NCBI RefSeq assembly: GCF_006345805.1 | Contig: NW_021833021.1 | Coordinates: 1-32,260 of the forward strand | Length of the DNA: 32,260 bases | Origin: Octopus sinensis | Taxonomy: Eukaryota | Reading direction: 5' to 3' | Shown here: piece after piece, positions 21,590-32,260 of the stretch | How the letters are laid out: each line of letters starts with the position of its first letter | Numbering within the stretch: the stretch's first letter is position 1 | Made by a program: the position numbers and the translations under genes | The notes under the pieces: model-generated | What the model was told of the DNA's origin: nothing | Seen by the model: the letters and a program-made list of their open reading frames with translations, nothing else | Databases searched by the model: none

Positions 21590-22849
21590 GCACAACTACT
21601 ACCTCAAGGACATGTATTACATCAAAAATTCTACGTGGGGATGCAATCCTCTCATTCGCGTACGACATAATGCGGCAACAGCATAAAAATGAAGCGTCCA
21701 TCTCGTCCTTCTCTCAATGTAGATGAGGAAGTTTGGATGTTGAGGTAAATATAATAAATGAATAAATAAATATATACATATATAAATACAGACAGACGTG
21801 AAGGAACCTGGTAATAAGAGCAAATAGGGATAAAGATGGAGGGGCGAGAATTCAGGACGAAGGATAAAAAAATATATAAAAATGTGAAAAATAAGAATGT
21901 AAGTATAGAAAAATATAAAAATGTAGAGTATAAAGATATAAAGAGATATAAAAAAAATATAAATGAATATAAAGGTATAAAGTTATAAAAAAATAAAAAA
22001 ATTACAAAATTAAAAAAATAAAAAAATAAAGAAATATAAAAGAATTATCAGAAATATAAAGGATATAAGAATATAGAAATGTAAAAGAATATAAGGATAA
22101 GGGATATAAAGTTGTTACGGACCAACATGGTGGTCTGGAAAATGACAAATTCTGGTTGTAGAGCCTTGGGTGTCATAATCAACCGGGGCGTGGGGACCTA
22201 GTGTATTGTAAATTAGAGTTATTTGGTAAAGCCGCTTATCTAGTTCTTCGTGACGTATCAAGTGGTCATCATGTACATACGTACACGCATGGATACACAC
22301 CCCATATACACGCGCACATATACGCACGCACGCATACGCAACTACACGCATACGAGCATACATACGTACTCTCGTGTAAACATATACAGATATATATATA
22401 TAGAAAAAGGCGCATGTAGTTGGGTACATGAACCGACGCGCATACGTACGTATATACATACACTCACATGCGTTCATATAGGCACACTCGCACTTACACG
22501 CATGCACAAGACGAAGTGAATCTCTATGCGTGTGGGCAGAAATATGTATACACCTGCACTCACGTGCACACCCACGCACATGGGGGAGTAAATCCCTATG
22601 CCTATACACAAAAGTATGCATAAGCACAGACACAGGTGTAACAAAAAGATCCGTTCTCGCACACGGGCAAGATACGGAGTCATAGTGGGTACAGAAGGTA
22701 GACATGAACGTAAGAAACTTGCGGGCAAAAGATTGTAACAGAATATGCATATATATACACGGACAATATACATATATATATATACACACACACACATACG
22801 CATATATATATATACACATATATGTATAATTATCAAGTACTCACCCTGA

Positions 22850-22888
<39 letters not shown>

Positions 22889-23039
22889 TGAGAGGTTTTG
22901 GTATCCAGAAGATCCAAAAGGCAAGTAAGGCTATGTCAGTGTTACAGAAGGACTCCTGGTTACAGAAGGACTTCTGGTTCAATAACAGTACGAGTGAGGA
23001 GTCTAACGTGGGTCGTGTATGAGCGTATATATGTTGAAT

Positions 23040-23527
23040 AAAATGAGACAACAAAGCCAAGGCAGCGTGAGATTTCTAGGATATTTACAAAGAGAAAGGT
23101 AGTTTTACAGCTGTTTCAGGAATATGAAGGATATCCTATCATCAGAGACCATAAGAGAGAGTTAAATAGAAGGAAAAAGTAGAGTTCAATATAAGAAGTT
23201 AATATGGAAAGGAAGAGATATAGGAAGTGTAACGGGAAATATAAGAATAAAAATATATGTTGGATGTTACAGTTGTAGTTCCATTATGCAAGGAATGTGC
23301 TGTGTAGAAGTGGTAGAAATGCTTCATATTTTGTTATTACAAATGGATAGTGTGAAGGCGCAGATTCCACGTCCTGTTCATTCAAAGGGGTCTTGTAAAG
23401 ACTAACTTTTTCTTTATTAAATATCCTAGAAATTTCACACTGCTTTAGCTCTTCGTTGTTTCACTTTACACATACACATACTTATGCATATACATACATA
23501 CATACACACACACGCACACACACCACA

Positions 23528-23565
<38 letters not shown>

Positions 23566-23580
23566 ACCACACACACATAT

Positions 23581-23631
<51 letters not shown>

Positions 23632-25080
23632 ATCCATACGAACAAATATTCCTACATATATTTTTTATGTATACATTTGAATATATATTGAGAGACATTT
23701 GCATGTAACTGCGTGAATATATGTAAATAACAATATTTTTTAAATGGGTATAAAGGAGTACGTAATCATACGTAACTTTGATTACTCAATGTTTAGTTGG
23801 TGTTTTCTAATGGATTTTTGGTATAGTAATTCCGGCGGTTTCAGTATTATTTTGGACTCAGGTTTGATATGCATTTACGGATAAAGTATTCTTCTTTGGC
23901 TTTGAGACGATATTCATTTTCCGTTCATATTTTTAAAAAAGGAGTAATTTTGAATCATAGATTTGTTGTTTATGTATCCTTACTCTTTCGTATAAGCCAA
24001 TACCCATTTCCCCAATATAGTATTCTTTGTATTCGGGGCATGTGGCACAGTAAATCAGATTTCCGTGTTTGCAATTCATATTTGCATTGGTTTTTAAAAT
24101 ATTGTTGTTTTAAGGGGTAATTTGTTCTCTTTCTTCCATGTAATTGCATATTTCACAACGAGGTCACCACATTTTTGAACGCTCTTTGTTGCTTCTCTTA
24201 TTGTAAATCTTGCTTGAGTTAAGAGTCAAGAGCTTTTCAGGTTGGGCGCTTGGTGTCTGCTATATACTATTTCTGAACCTGCCATTAGTTTGTACATTTT
24301 TGATGATTGTTAAAGTATTGGGAAATGTTTTTTAGCAGTATTGATGATATCGTGATTTTCTGGGTTATGGTCGATGACAAAGGAAATGCTTATATGTTCA
24401 TTTCTATTTCTTTGTGTTTATTTTCCTCTGAGCTTGTGTAGTTTGGATATTTTTTTACTTTTGTAACGGTGGAATCAACTAATCTAGTAGGATACTTTTC
24501 TTTTTCTAGAAATATTTTCAATTCTTAAAATTTTTTAAACCTTAATTCTGCATCTATTAGGAAAGTGCAAGTTCGTTTTGCCATATTAAAATTTATATTT
24601 CTTTTAGTATGTGAGGGCTAGGAGGAGTGGAAGTTCAAGTATTGGTGTGTGTCTGTGGGTTTATAAGAAAAGGTCTGCTGTAATGATGTTATCACTTTAA
24701 TTAGAAGTATGTCCAAAATGGTAAATTCTTTGTGTGACACTACATAGTGAATTTTATCAAGGTATGTAGATTATTTAGAAGTGAGTGAAAGATTTCTCGG
24801 TCTTCTTGATTTTTGTTCCAAAATGTAAAATGGTCATTCAAGTGTCGTTTTCAAATGTTCTTTATGTTTGTGATAGTTGGGAACAAAGTTTGTTCACTCA
24901 GAGATAAATTACGAGTGTTGCACAAGTGGGGCTACTTTTGCCCACATCACTGTTCCTTTTATTTGCAAATAGAAGTCGAAGAAGTATTCATTTCCAGTAT
25001 TAATTCTAATCCTTTTAAAACAAAAACGTTTTTGAAAATTTTTCTATGATATGGTTGGGTGCTTTGTTGACCAGAAATTC
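23040..25080 (-). mobile_element. Decayed Penelope-like element (RT, Zn linker, GIY-YIG and terminal repeat), interrupted by a microsatellite at about 23470-23700
   Basis: Minus-strand pieces QIKGT, KRHLND (degenerate YIDD), IKFTM, LPFLDI, YKPTDTHQYLNFHSS, KCGD.RCEICNYM and LIYCATCP..KEYYIGE..ERVRIHKQQI. Confidence 0.85.
23100..23151 (-). ncRNA. Compact type I hammerhead fold downstream of the PLE ORF (one stem I mismatch)
   Basis: TGGTCT-CTGATGA-T-AGGATAT...ATATTCCT-GAAA-CAGCTG-TA-AAACTA; palindrome ACAGCTGT. Confidence 0.6.
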
Positions 25081-25189
25081 AGTGTGTATGTGTTCTGTAT
25101 AAAAATGTGCATATCTATCTGTCTGTATGTATGTATGCATATATATGTTTCTGTGTGTTAGTGTGAGTGTTTATGTATATACATACACG

Positions 25190-25228
<39 letters not shown>

Positions 25229-25837
25229 TATGTGTGTATTTGTGTATGTGTTTATATGTGTGTATTGTGTATGTATATTTATGAACACTGTATGAGAACT
25301 AAATGTGTATGTTTGCGACCTTATTCGTGAATAGACTTCCTGGTAGGTGCCTCCATCATTAACACAGTTTTATAGAATTATTTCATACTAAAATGACCAC
25401 TCCAATAAATTCCATTTCTCACTCTTCATCTACGTAGTTCTCCTTCCCCACGCCATTTTTATGTGAGTGCATGTTTGTATGTATGAAAGTATGTGAATGA
25501 ATACATGCATATATCTGTTTGTGTTTCTCTGCGTGTATGTATGTGTAAGGTCCTATGATTTCTTTGTGTGTACGTGTGTATGTGTGTGTGTATGTGTTTC
25601 TATATACGTATTTATGTATGGGTATATGTATATGTGTCTGTGTTAGTGTGTGTGTGTGTGTGTGTGTGTAATTAAACACTACCCTATTTAAACAGTGAAT
25701 AACAAACTCTAAAATATCAGTTTGAAACCCACTTTTCAGCGAGTAACTCCTCTCAGAGTCACCTTTTATAAACTTATAAACATCTAATTATTAAACTGGA
25801 AAAATTATCAGAAAAGCCTTTCTATTCATCTTTCCAA

Positions 25838-26287
25838 AGACACACACACACACACACACCCTATACACATCACACACGCACACACACCACACACGCACAC
25901 ACACCACACACACACCACACACACACACACACACCCTATACACATCACACGCACACACACATACAGACACACATATCCACGCACATGTGAGTCTCTGTAT
26001 GTGTGGGTGTATACATACGTATATATGTATGTATACGTATAAAGTTAGACACACATATGCACGCACGAGTGAGTTTGCGTGAACACTCGGGAGAGAAAAC
26101 AGTGTATTCAACAGAGAAATGTATTAATTGCTAGGTGGGAATTTGTACGTGTGTCAATATGTGTGTGAGAGTATGTGCGTATGTATGTGTGTGTGTATGT
26201 ATGCGTGTGTGCATGTATATATGTATGTATGTGTGTGTTTGTGTGTTTGTGTGTGTTGTGTGTGTTGTGTGTGTGTGTGTGTGTGTG

Positions 26288-26344
<57 letters not shown>

Positions 26345-26350
26345 TGTGTG
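25838..26350. repeat. (CA)n/(TG)n compound microsatellites
   Basis: Directly visible. Confidence 0.9.
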
Positions 26351-27155
26351 TGTACAACCTGTTTTATTCTCGGTATAATTTAAGCTGCATCTGTTAGTAG
26401 GGCCGTGGTTCGGAAGACTTACAGTTTTGAATAGTAAGGAACTACCCCTTAGCAGAGGGGCAAAATGAAGCGAGCAAGACATCTTGGTCATCCACTGCAT
26501 CTGCCTCTGTTCCCAGTCGTCTTGATCTGGTCTTCTTACTGGATTGAAGAGGATTAGAATAAACTAGAGAGAATGAAGCAAGTCTTCTTCCCTTTGAAAG
26601 TCTTCTTCCCTTTTGACGACGAGACAGTCTTCTTCGCTCCAGCGGATGAACATGGTGTATGGGAGGGGGCGCGCAGGAGATATTTAAAACTTACAAGGCT
26701 TGACACATGACGAAAACATCATCAAATCTAAAGAGAAATTCTTAATGAAAAGCGATATCGCAATTGGGTGCGGATGGACGGGAGTAACAAAAATGACTGG
26801 AAAAGTATTTAAGAATATGATAATAAATGCTTGCAGAAGTATACGTATATATGGTGAAGGGTGTGTGGGCCATGAGAGTATTGAATAATGATTTTAATGA
26901 ATGTCATTAAATTGTTAAGCAACACATCAACATATATGAAGAATGTATTATCAATATCACAGCTCTATCATTAAAAAAAAAAGACCAAAAACATTATGAG
27001 TATAACATACTTATCGTCTGTGTGTTGTTTGAATACCAGGAACTGCTATTGCAAGTTTCGAATTTGAAAGCAATGTTTTGTGCAAAGGCGATGACTACAA
27101 AATATTTAAAGTTCTTACGATGAAAATGCATTTTGAAACTTTCGTGTATATGCTA

Positions 27156-27592
27156 TCTTATAATAATTCTGCTTGCCATCCCGTTATTTAGCCCGTCGGT
27201 ATCGCTTTCACGTGATTAGAGAAAAAGGGGGAGAGAGAAAAAGACTGAGGGAGAGAGAGAGAGAGAGAAAGGGGAGAGAGAAGCGTCCATGACATGAGGT
27301 AGAGAGAATGTAACTGTAACGCTTTCACTTGATTAGTTGAAGAGAAAAAAGAACAAGAGAAAGAAAAAAGAGGATAAGGCGAAGAGTGGGACAGAAAGAA
27401 AGAGAAAGAAAAAGAGGGAGAGAAAAAAGACGGAGGGGGAAGCGTCCATGACATGTGGTAGGGGGAACGTAATATTTATTATAAGGTTAAAAAAGTTTGT
27501 TGAAGGTAGTGATAGAGAGGAGAGTTAGGAATATAATTTTAGCAGAGGGGTGATGTTCTGGTGGTGAGATTAAAGAAAGGAAGAGTGTGTGC

Positions 27593-27634
<42 letters not shown>

Positions 27635-28509
27635 CGTGGTGGTGGAGGTGGTGATGGTAAGTGCATAGTGAAAAGATTTTTTTTTTCAATTGCACTAAGT
27701 TTTTTATATCACCTATCACCTAACGTATGCGTATCCCAAACTTGTTATTCACTTTAAAAAGAAACCAGTTTCCTGTTCGCCTGTCATATGCAATGACTAT
27801 CAATAAATCACAGGGGCAGACATTTGATAAAGTGGGGTTGTTCTTGCCTGAACTTCTATTCGGCCATGTTCAGCTATATGTTGCATTTTCAAGGGCTCGC
27901 AAAATTTCTGATGTGAGAGTTAAAGTTATCAACACTAGTAAACAAGGGGAAAAGAAGAGGGAGAACTTGCACGAAGAACATAGTCTGCAAAGAAGTATTG
28001 GATTGCAAGATGTACACAAATTGAAATGTGTATTGACTCCGACCCATTGCCTAGATCATAAGTTGCCAACGATGTGGCGTTCAGAGTATGCTATGCTGGA
28101 TTAAATTTTTACCTCCGTGAAATTGTGACCTCCACATTTTATATATAAAATAATTCTTTGATTATAAAATTTTTGTTTTCTAGATATGAAATTGTGGCTA
28201 TGTAAATTTTAAAATGTAATTTTTTCTCTTTATGGGAAAAATGGCAAAATAGGATTGCATATTTATTTTATGAGTGCTGTGTATTAAGTCCATAAAATTG
28301 TGTATAAAGTATATAACGTATATATATAAAGTGCATTAAGTAATCATCGTATTCCAATGTCGTTCACTTTTCAATGAGTGACAGATGAGCAACTATCTTT
28401 CTCTACAGATACAACACAGGCTACGCTTTCGAGTTTTTTGGATAAAGTTTTCAGGAATAACCCAATAGGTTTACAATTAATTCCGTGAAATATTCACGGG
28501 TCCCGCTAA
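27156..28509 (+). mobile_element. Non-autonomous Helitron with a Pif1-like helicase C-terminal fragment (27727-27990)
   Basis: 5' A|TC start. [26 protein letters not shown] and [10 protein letters not shown] motifs. 3' hairpin CCGTGAA-ATA-TTCACGG (28483-28499) followed by CTAA|T. Confidence 0.85.
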
Positions 28510-28886
28510 TCTTGTAATAATTCTACTTGTCATCCCGTTACTGAGCTCATCAGTAACGTTTTCACGTGATTAGAGAAAAAGAGGGAGAGAGAAGCGTCTA
28601 TGATGTGAGGTAAATGAATTGTAAGTGATTAGCTGAAGGAAAAGAGAGGAGAAAGAAAAAGGAGATAGAAAAAGAGGATGGAGCGAAGAGTGAGACAGAA
28701 AGAGGGAGAAAGAAAAAGGGAGAGAGAGAGAGAGAGAAACGTCTTTGACGTGAGGTAAGGGGAACGTAATATTTATTACGTGGTTAAAAAAGTTAGTTTG
28801 AAGGAAGTGATGATATAGAGGAGGAGAGTTAAAAATATAATTTAGCAGAAGGGTGATGCTCTGATGGTGATGTTAAAGAAAGGCAA

Positions 28887-28925
<39 letters not shown>

Positions 28926-29045
28926 TGATGATGATGGTGGTGGTGGTGGTGGTGGTGGTGGCAGTGTGATTGGATAGTGAAAAGTGTATCTTCTTAAAAT
29001 TGAACTAGATTTTTTTTATATCATTCATCACTTAACGCATGTTTT
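28510..29045 (+). mobile_element. 5' part of a second Helitron of the same family, directly abutting the first
   Basis: Starts TCTTGTAATAATTCTACTTGTCATCCCGTTA versus TCTTATAATAATTCTGCTTGCCATCCCGTTA at 27156, and is collinear with 27156-27730. Confidence 0.8.
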
Positions 29046-29111
29046 TTTTTTATTATACAGACATCAGAAACTGGTTTGTACGAATTTTAGGGCTCATGTC
29101 CTTTTTGTATT

Positions 29112-29242
29112 GAGTGGTTATGTAGTTAGAAGTTTGCTTCACAACCACGTGGTTCCCGGTTCAGTCCTAGTGCGTGGCACCTTGGGCGAGTGTCTTCTAT
29201 TACAGATGGATCTGGTAGACAGAAACTGAAAGAGACCCGTCA
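29112..29242 (+). mobile_element. tRNA-derived SINE with an internal deletion
   Basis: GGTTCCCGGTTCAGTCC..TGCGTGGCACCTTGGGCGAGTGTCTTCTA..GATCTGGTAGACAGAAACTGAAAGA. Confidence 0.75.
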
Positions 29243-29263
29243 TATATATTTATGTGTGTGTGT

Positions 29264-29310
<47 letters not shown>

Positions 29311-29380
29311 CGTGTGTATGCATGTGTATGCATGTGTGCATACGTATGTATGTGTGTGTGTGTATGTATGTATGTATATG

Positions 29381-30150
29381 CAGGGCGTTCGGGCTAAATT
29401 TGACGACTTCTCTCCCTCCTTTTTCAGGAACAGCTTAATGTATTGTGAACAGTCAACAGTGTTGGAGAGCATAAAGATTAAAGTTGTAGCTGAGAAAAAG
29501 TTAGCTGACATGGATGACTGGCAGCCATTTGGATATTGGCAAATAGTTACCTGTATTATGTTGATTCATGCTGGGTATCAAAATGCCGACATCATGTCTT
29601 CTCAATGCTCTATGAATACTGTAAAATCTGAAAGACGTGACATGAACAGCTGCAACGGAGACTACGAAGCTGTGACCAGCAGGAAGGGACAGTGCGGCCG
29701 TCCTACCTGTCTGTGCATGCTGGAATTCATACCCACCATCTTTGAACAGAGCCTTAGGCTGAATTCGGTCGGTTATGTGAAGCTACTGGAAACTGTGGAC
29801 AATGCTTAACTGGAGAGGATTGCAGCTGGAAGGATATATATGTGGCAGCAGGATCTGGTATCTTGCCATACCTCAGGAAAGAGCCAGAAGTGATTGTCGG
29901 AGAATTTCTAGAACTTCATCAGCCCCAATTTCTGGCCTCCTAATTCCCTCGTTTATAGCTTATGGATTACTGTGTGAGGCGCAACTGGGAAAGATACCAC
30001 CCGCTGTAGTTGCGACAACAACGCCGCACTGGTGGACAAGATCAAGGAAATGATCGAAGATCTTCCTATAGTCACAGTGAGGACCGCATGCGCCGAGTTC
30101 CGGAACTGTTTTGAGGTCGTGCTAGAAGTTGAGGCAAGTACTTCGAGTAA
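29381..30150 (+). mobile_element. Internally deleted maT/DD37D-like DNA transposon
   Basis: CAGGGCGTTCGGGCTAAATTTG left end. Protein pieces LRLNSVGYVKLLETV, RIAAGRIYMWQQD..CHTS and NFWPPNS..MDY. Right TIR not found. Confidence 0.75.
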
Positions 30151-30166
30151 AACTGTTATTTCTCAG

Positions 30167-30203
<37 letters not shown>

Positions 30204-30322
30204 AAACTGCATCCGAAGATAGGCTGACCGACTGATTGGCATGGAGGTAGCAACTTCTGGACACGTGTGCGTGTGTTTGTGTGTGTGTGTTGTCTATGTA
30301 TGTATATGCAAATACACACAAC

Positions 30323-31060
30323 GTACATTCAAGAAGTTTCGAAAGTTTTTCAAGAGACATTTATTAATTTCAAAGAAGTCCGAAACTCTAATCCCCTTCA
30401 AAGTAGGACGATCCTCTGACTCGAATGCACATGTAGCACTGCAGCCACTTCATGAAGGCTTCATGGAAGCCCTCTAAAGTAAAGGACCTTTGTCACCAGC
30501 CAGGACCGCCAGGATTTTTGTCAACAGCCTCCTTCATCACGGAACAACCAAAAGTCACTGAGTCTGGACTGTAAGGGGTGGGATGAAGGATCTGGTATCT
30601 TGCCATACCTCAGGAAAGAGCCAGAAGTGATTGTCGGAGAATTTCTAGAACTTCATCAGATCCACTCATCTCTATCAAGTCGTTGGTTACCAGGATGGAA
30701 TCGTGGAATGGTGCGTTGTCCTGGTGCAGCTGCTCTGGCCTCTTGAGATGAAATCACTTCCTGAACTCTCTCAAAACCCCTACAAGGTATTCTTTGCTGG
30801 TCACCTGGCCAGAAGGAATCGAGTGAATGTTGATGATGTTTTTTGTGGTCGAAAAAATGAATCATTATGAGTATCCCTACTCGACTTACTTTGCCAACGA
30901 AAAACATTCTCGGTTCATACAAATGAACCCTACGACCAGTCTGGAGCATTTCGTAAGTTTCTGTATCGTTTTGTAGAGTGAACTTCCAAATTCTCTTGCA
31001 TTCTGTAGACTAATCAACCGTGTTTAGTAGGGTGCGTTCGAAGTGCTACTATAGCCGTCT
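30323..31060 (-). mobile_element. Internally deleted mariner relic
   Basis: Minus-strand pieces TETYEMLQT, FFDHKNII, LHQDNAPFHDSILVT, YSPD..DFWLF and SYFEGD stop; TIR-like end near 30323. Confidence 0.8.
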
Positions 31061-32260
31061 CTCTCTTTAATCTAGAATAATAAAAGTGGGCAGGTCCTAT
31101 TATTAGATGTGTGTTGTGGAAGGATCCTGACCACCTCCACGTGACCGAAAGTGGACTGACGCATTTCAACGAAATAAAGAAACTGTATGAACTGTCAGTG
31201 GTTGACAGCGTTGAACGTCTGTATTGGTTGTTGTGTTGGTCTAATGTCGTAACTACGTTCCGAGTCGTACGGCGTGCGTTCTGTGTAAACATATTAACTC
31301 TGCTAAAAGTTATTCTAGATAACCATATACAAATATTTATTTGGCTAATATGCCCACTCTGTACAACTTTCGCCATAACCAATGTATAATAATAATATAC
31401 TGAAATTACAATAATTGAGGACAGGTATTATAACTCTGTCTGTTACTAATGTGTCAAAACTTTAGGGATATGTATGTGTTTGTGTGTTTTTGTGTGTATG
31501 TTTGCATGCATTGTGTGTACGTATTTATATAGCAAACCGAAAGTTCGAAGTCATTGCCAACCTTTTCCTTGCGCCATAAATATGTAATCTGCTAAAAAAA
31601 AAGTATTGAGTAATTATTCAGTTTAATATCAAATTGTTTTTCTTTTACAAATAACTTCACATAAAATCCAACATTATTACACACACGCAAACACACATTC
31701 ATTGTAAGAATTCTAAAGCAACCGCAAATGGAAAATGTGTATGAAATTGTTTTGTGCATTGTAAACTTATTTTTAGAGACATTTCTTCTTTTCTCCCACG
31801 TGTATCACAATGAAGCATCCTACTCCTCTTCATAGTTCTTAGTGCTTTTGTTAAAATTCTGTTATTGACAAAAATATTTTTCTCACACTTCACATTGGGA
31901 ATGGCTTTCGCCATATTGTGCTTTTCTTTGTATCTGCTGTCGTTACAAAGAGAATATTTGGTGGTCCTTTACCGTTCGCTCTACAGGGCCATTTTACATT
32001 TTAACGAATGGGTCTATCTCCATTTCTACTCTTGACCACAGTTGACCGCTACAACTGCAAGAACTTTATACTGCAGGACGATTAAAATCAAGTTGAATAA
32101 TGTTGAATAATGATTTATTATTAATGTCTTTGACGTTTCTTAGTCTGCCATCTGTCAGTAGGAGCCCAGTTCGAGAGTTGCACTGTTTGAGGAATGCAGA
32201 ACCAGCTCTGCCCTGGCCTGGTGTTGTAGGAATGATTCATGCCGAGAGGTGCGTATTATA

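Noticed and set aside
22110-22270. Possible GIY-YIG C-terminus upstream of the 21513 hammerhead
   Set aside because: Similarity too weak to call by eye.
31111-31389. 92-aa ORF or solo LTR
   Set aside because: No recognisable domain, no clean TG...CA ends and no target-site duplication.

Overview
Eukaryotic, AT-rich, microsatellite-dense window with no bacterial or archaeal gene organisation and no recognisable intact host gene. Most ORFs in the six-frame track are translations of (TA)n, (CA)n, (TAA)n or (ATG)n repeats. The SINE families resemble those I recall from octopus genomes; this is an inference and no search was run. The window is a mosaic of transposon relics: four mariner copies (one nearly intact), two maT/DD37D-like fragments, two R4/Dong-like RLE LINEs lying in (TAA)n, a CRE-like RLE LINE fragment, three Penelope-like element (PLE) fragments, two abutting Helitrons and several tRNA-derived SINEs. 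The main signal not explained by the ORF track is a set of at least five sequence-unrelated type I hammerhead-ribozyme folds. Each has CUGANGA, stem II, GAAA, a palindromic stem III and a UH cleavage site. One sits in a 601-bp non-coding tandem unit, a retrozyme-like layout. Other points of note are a U6 snRNA 3' end fused to a SINE tail, two short templated insertions and a CTAA|TC Helitron-Helitron junction. Structures and alignments were done by eye and boundaries are approximate.
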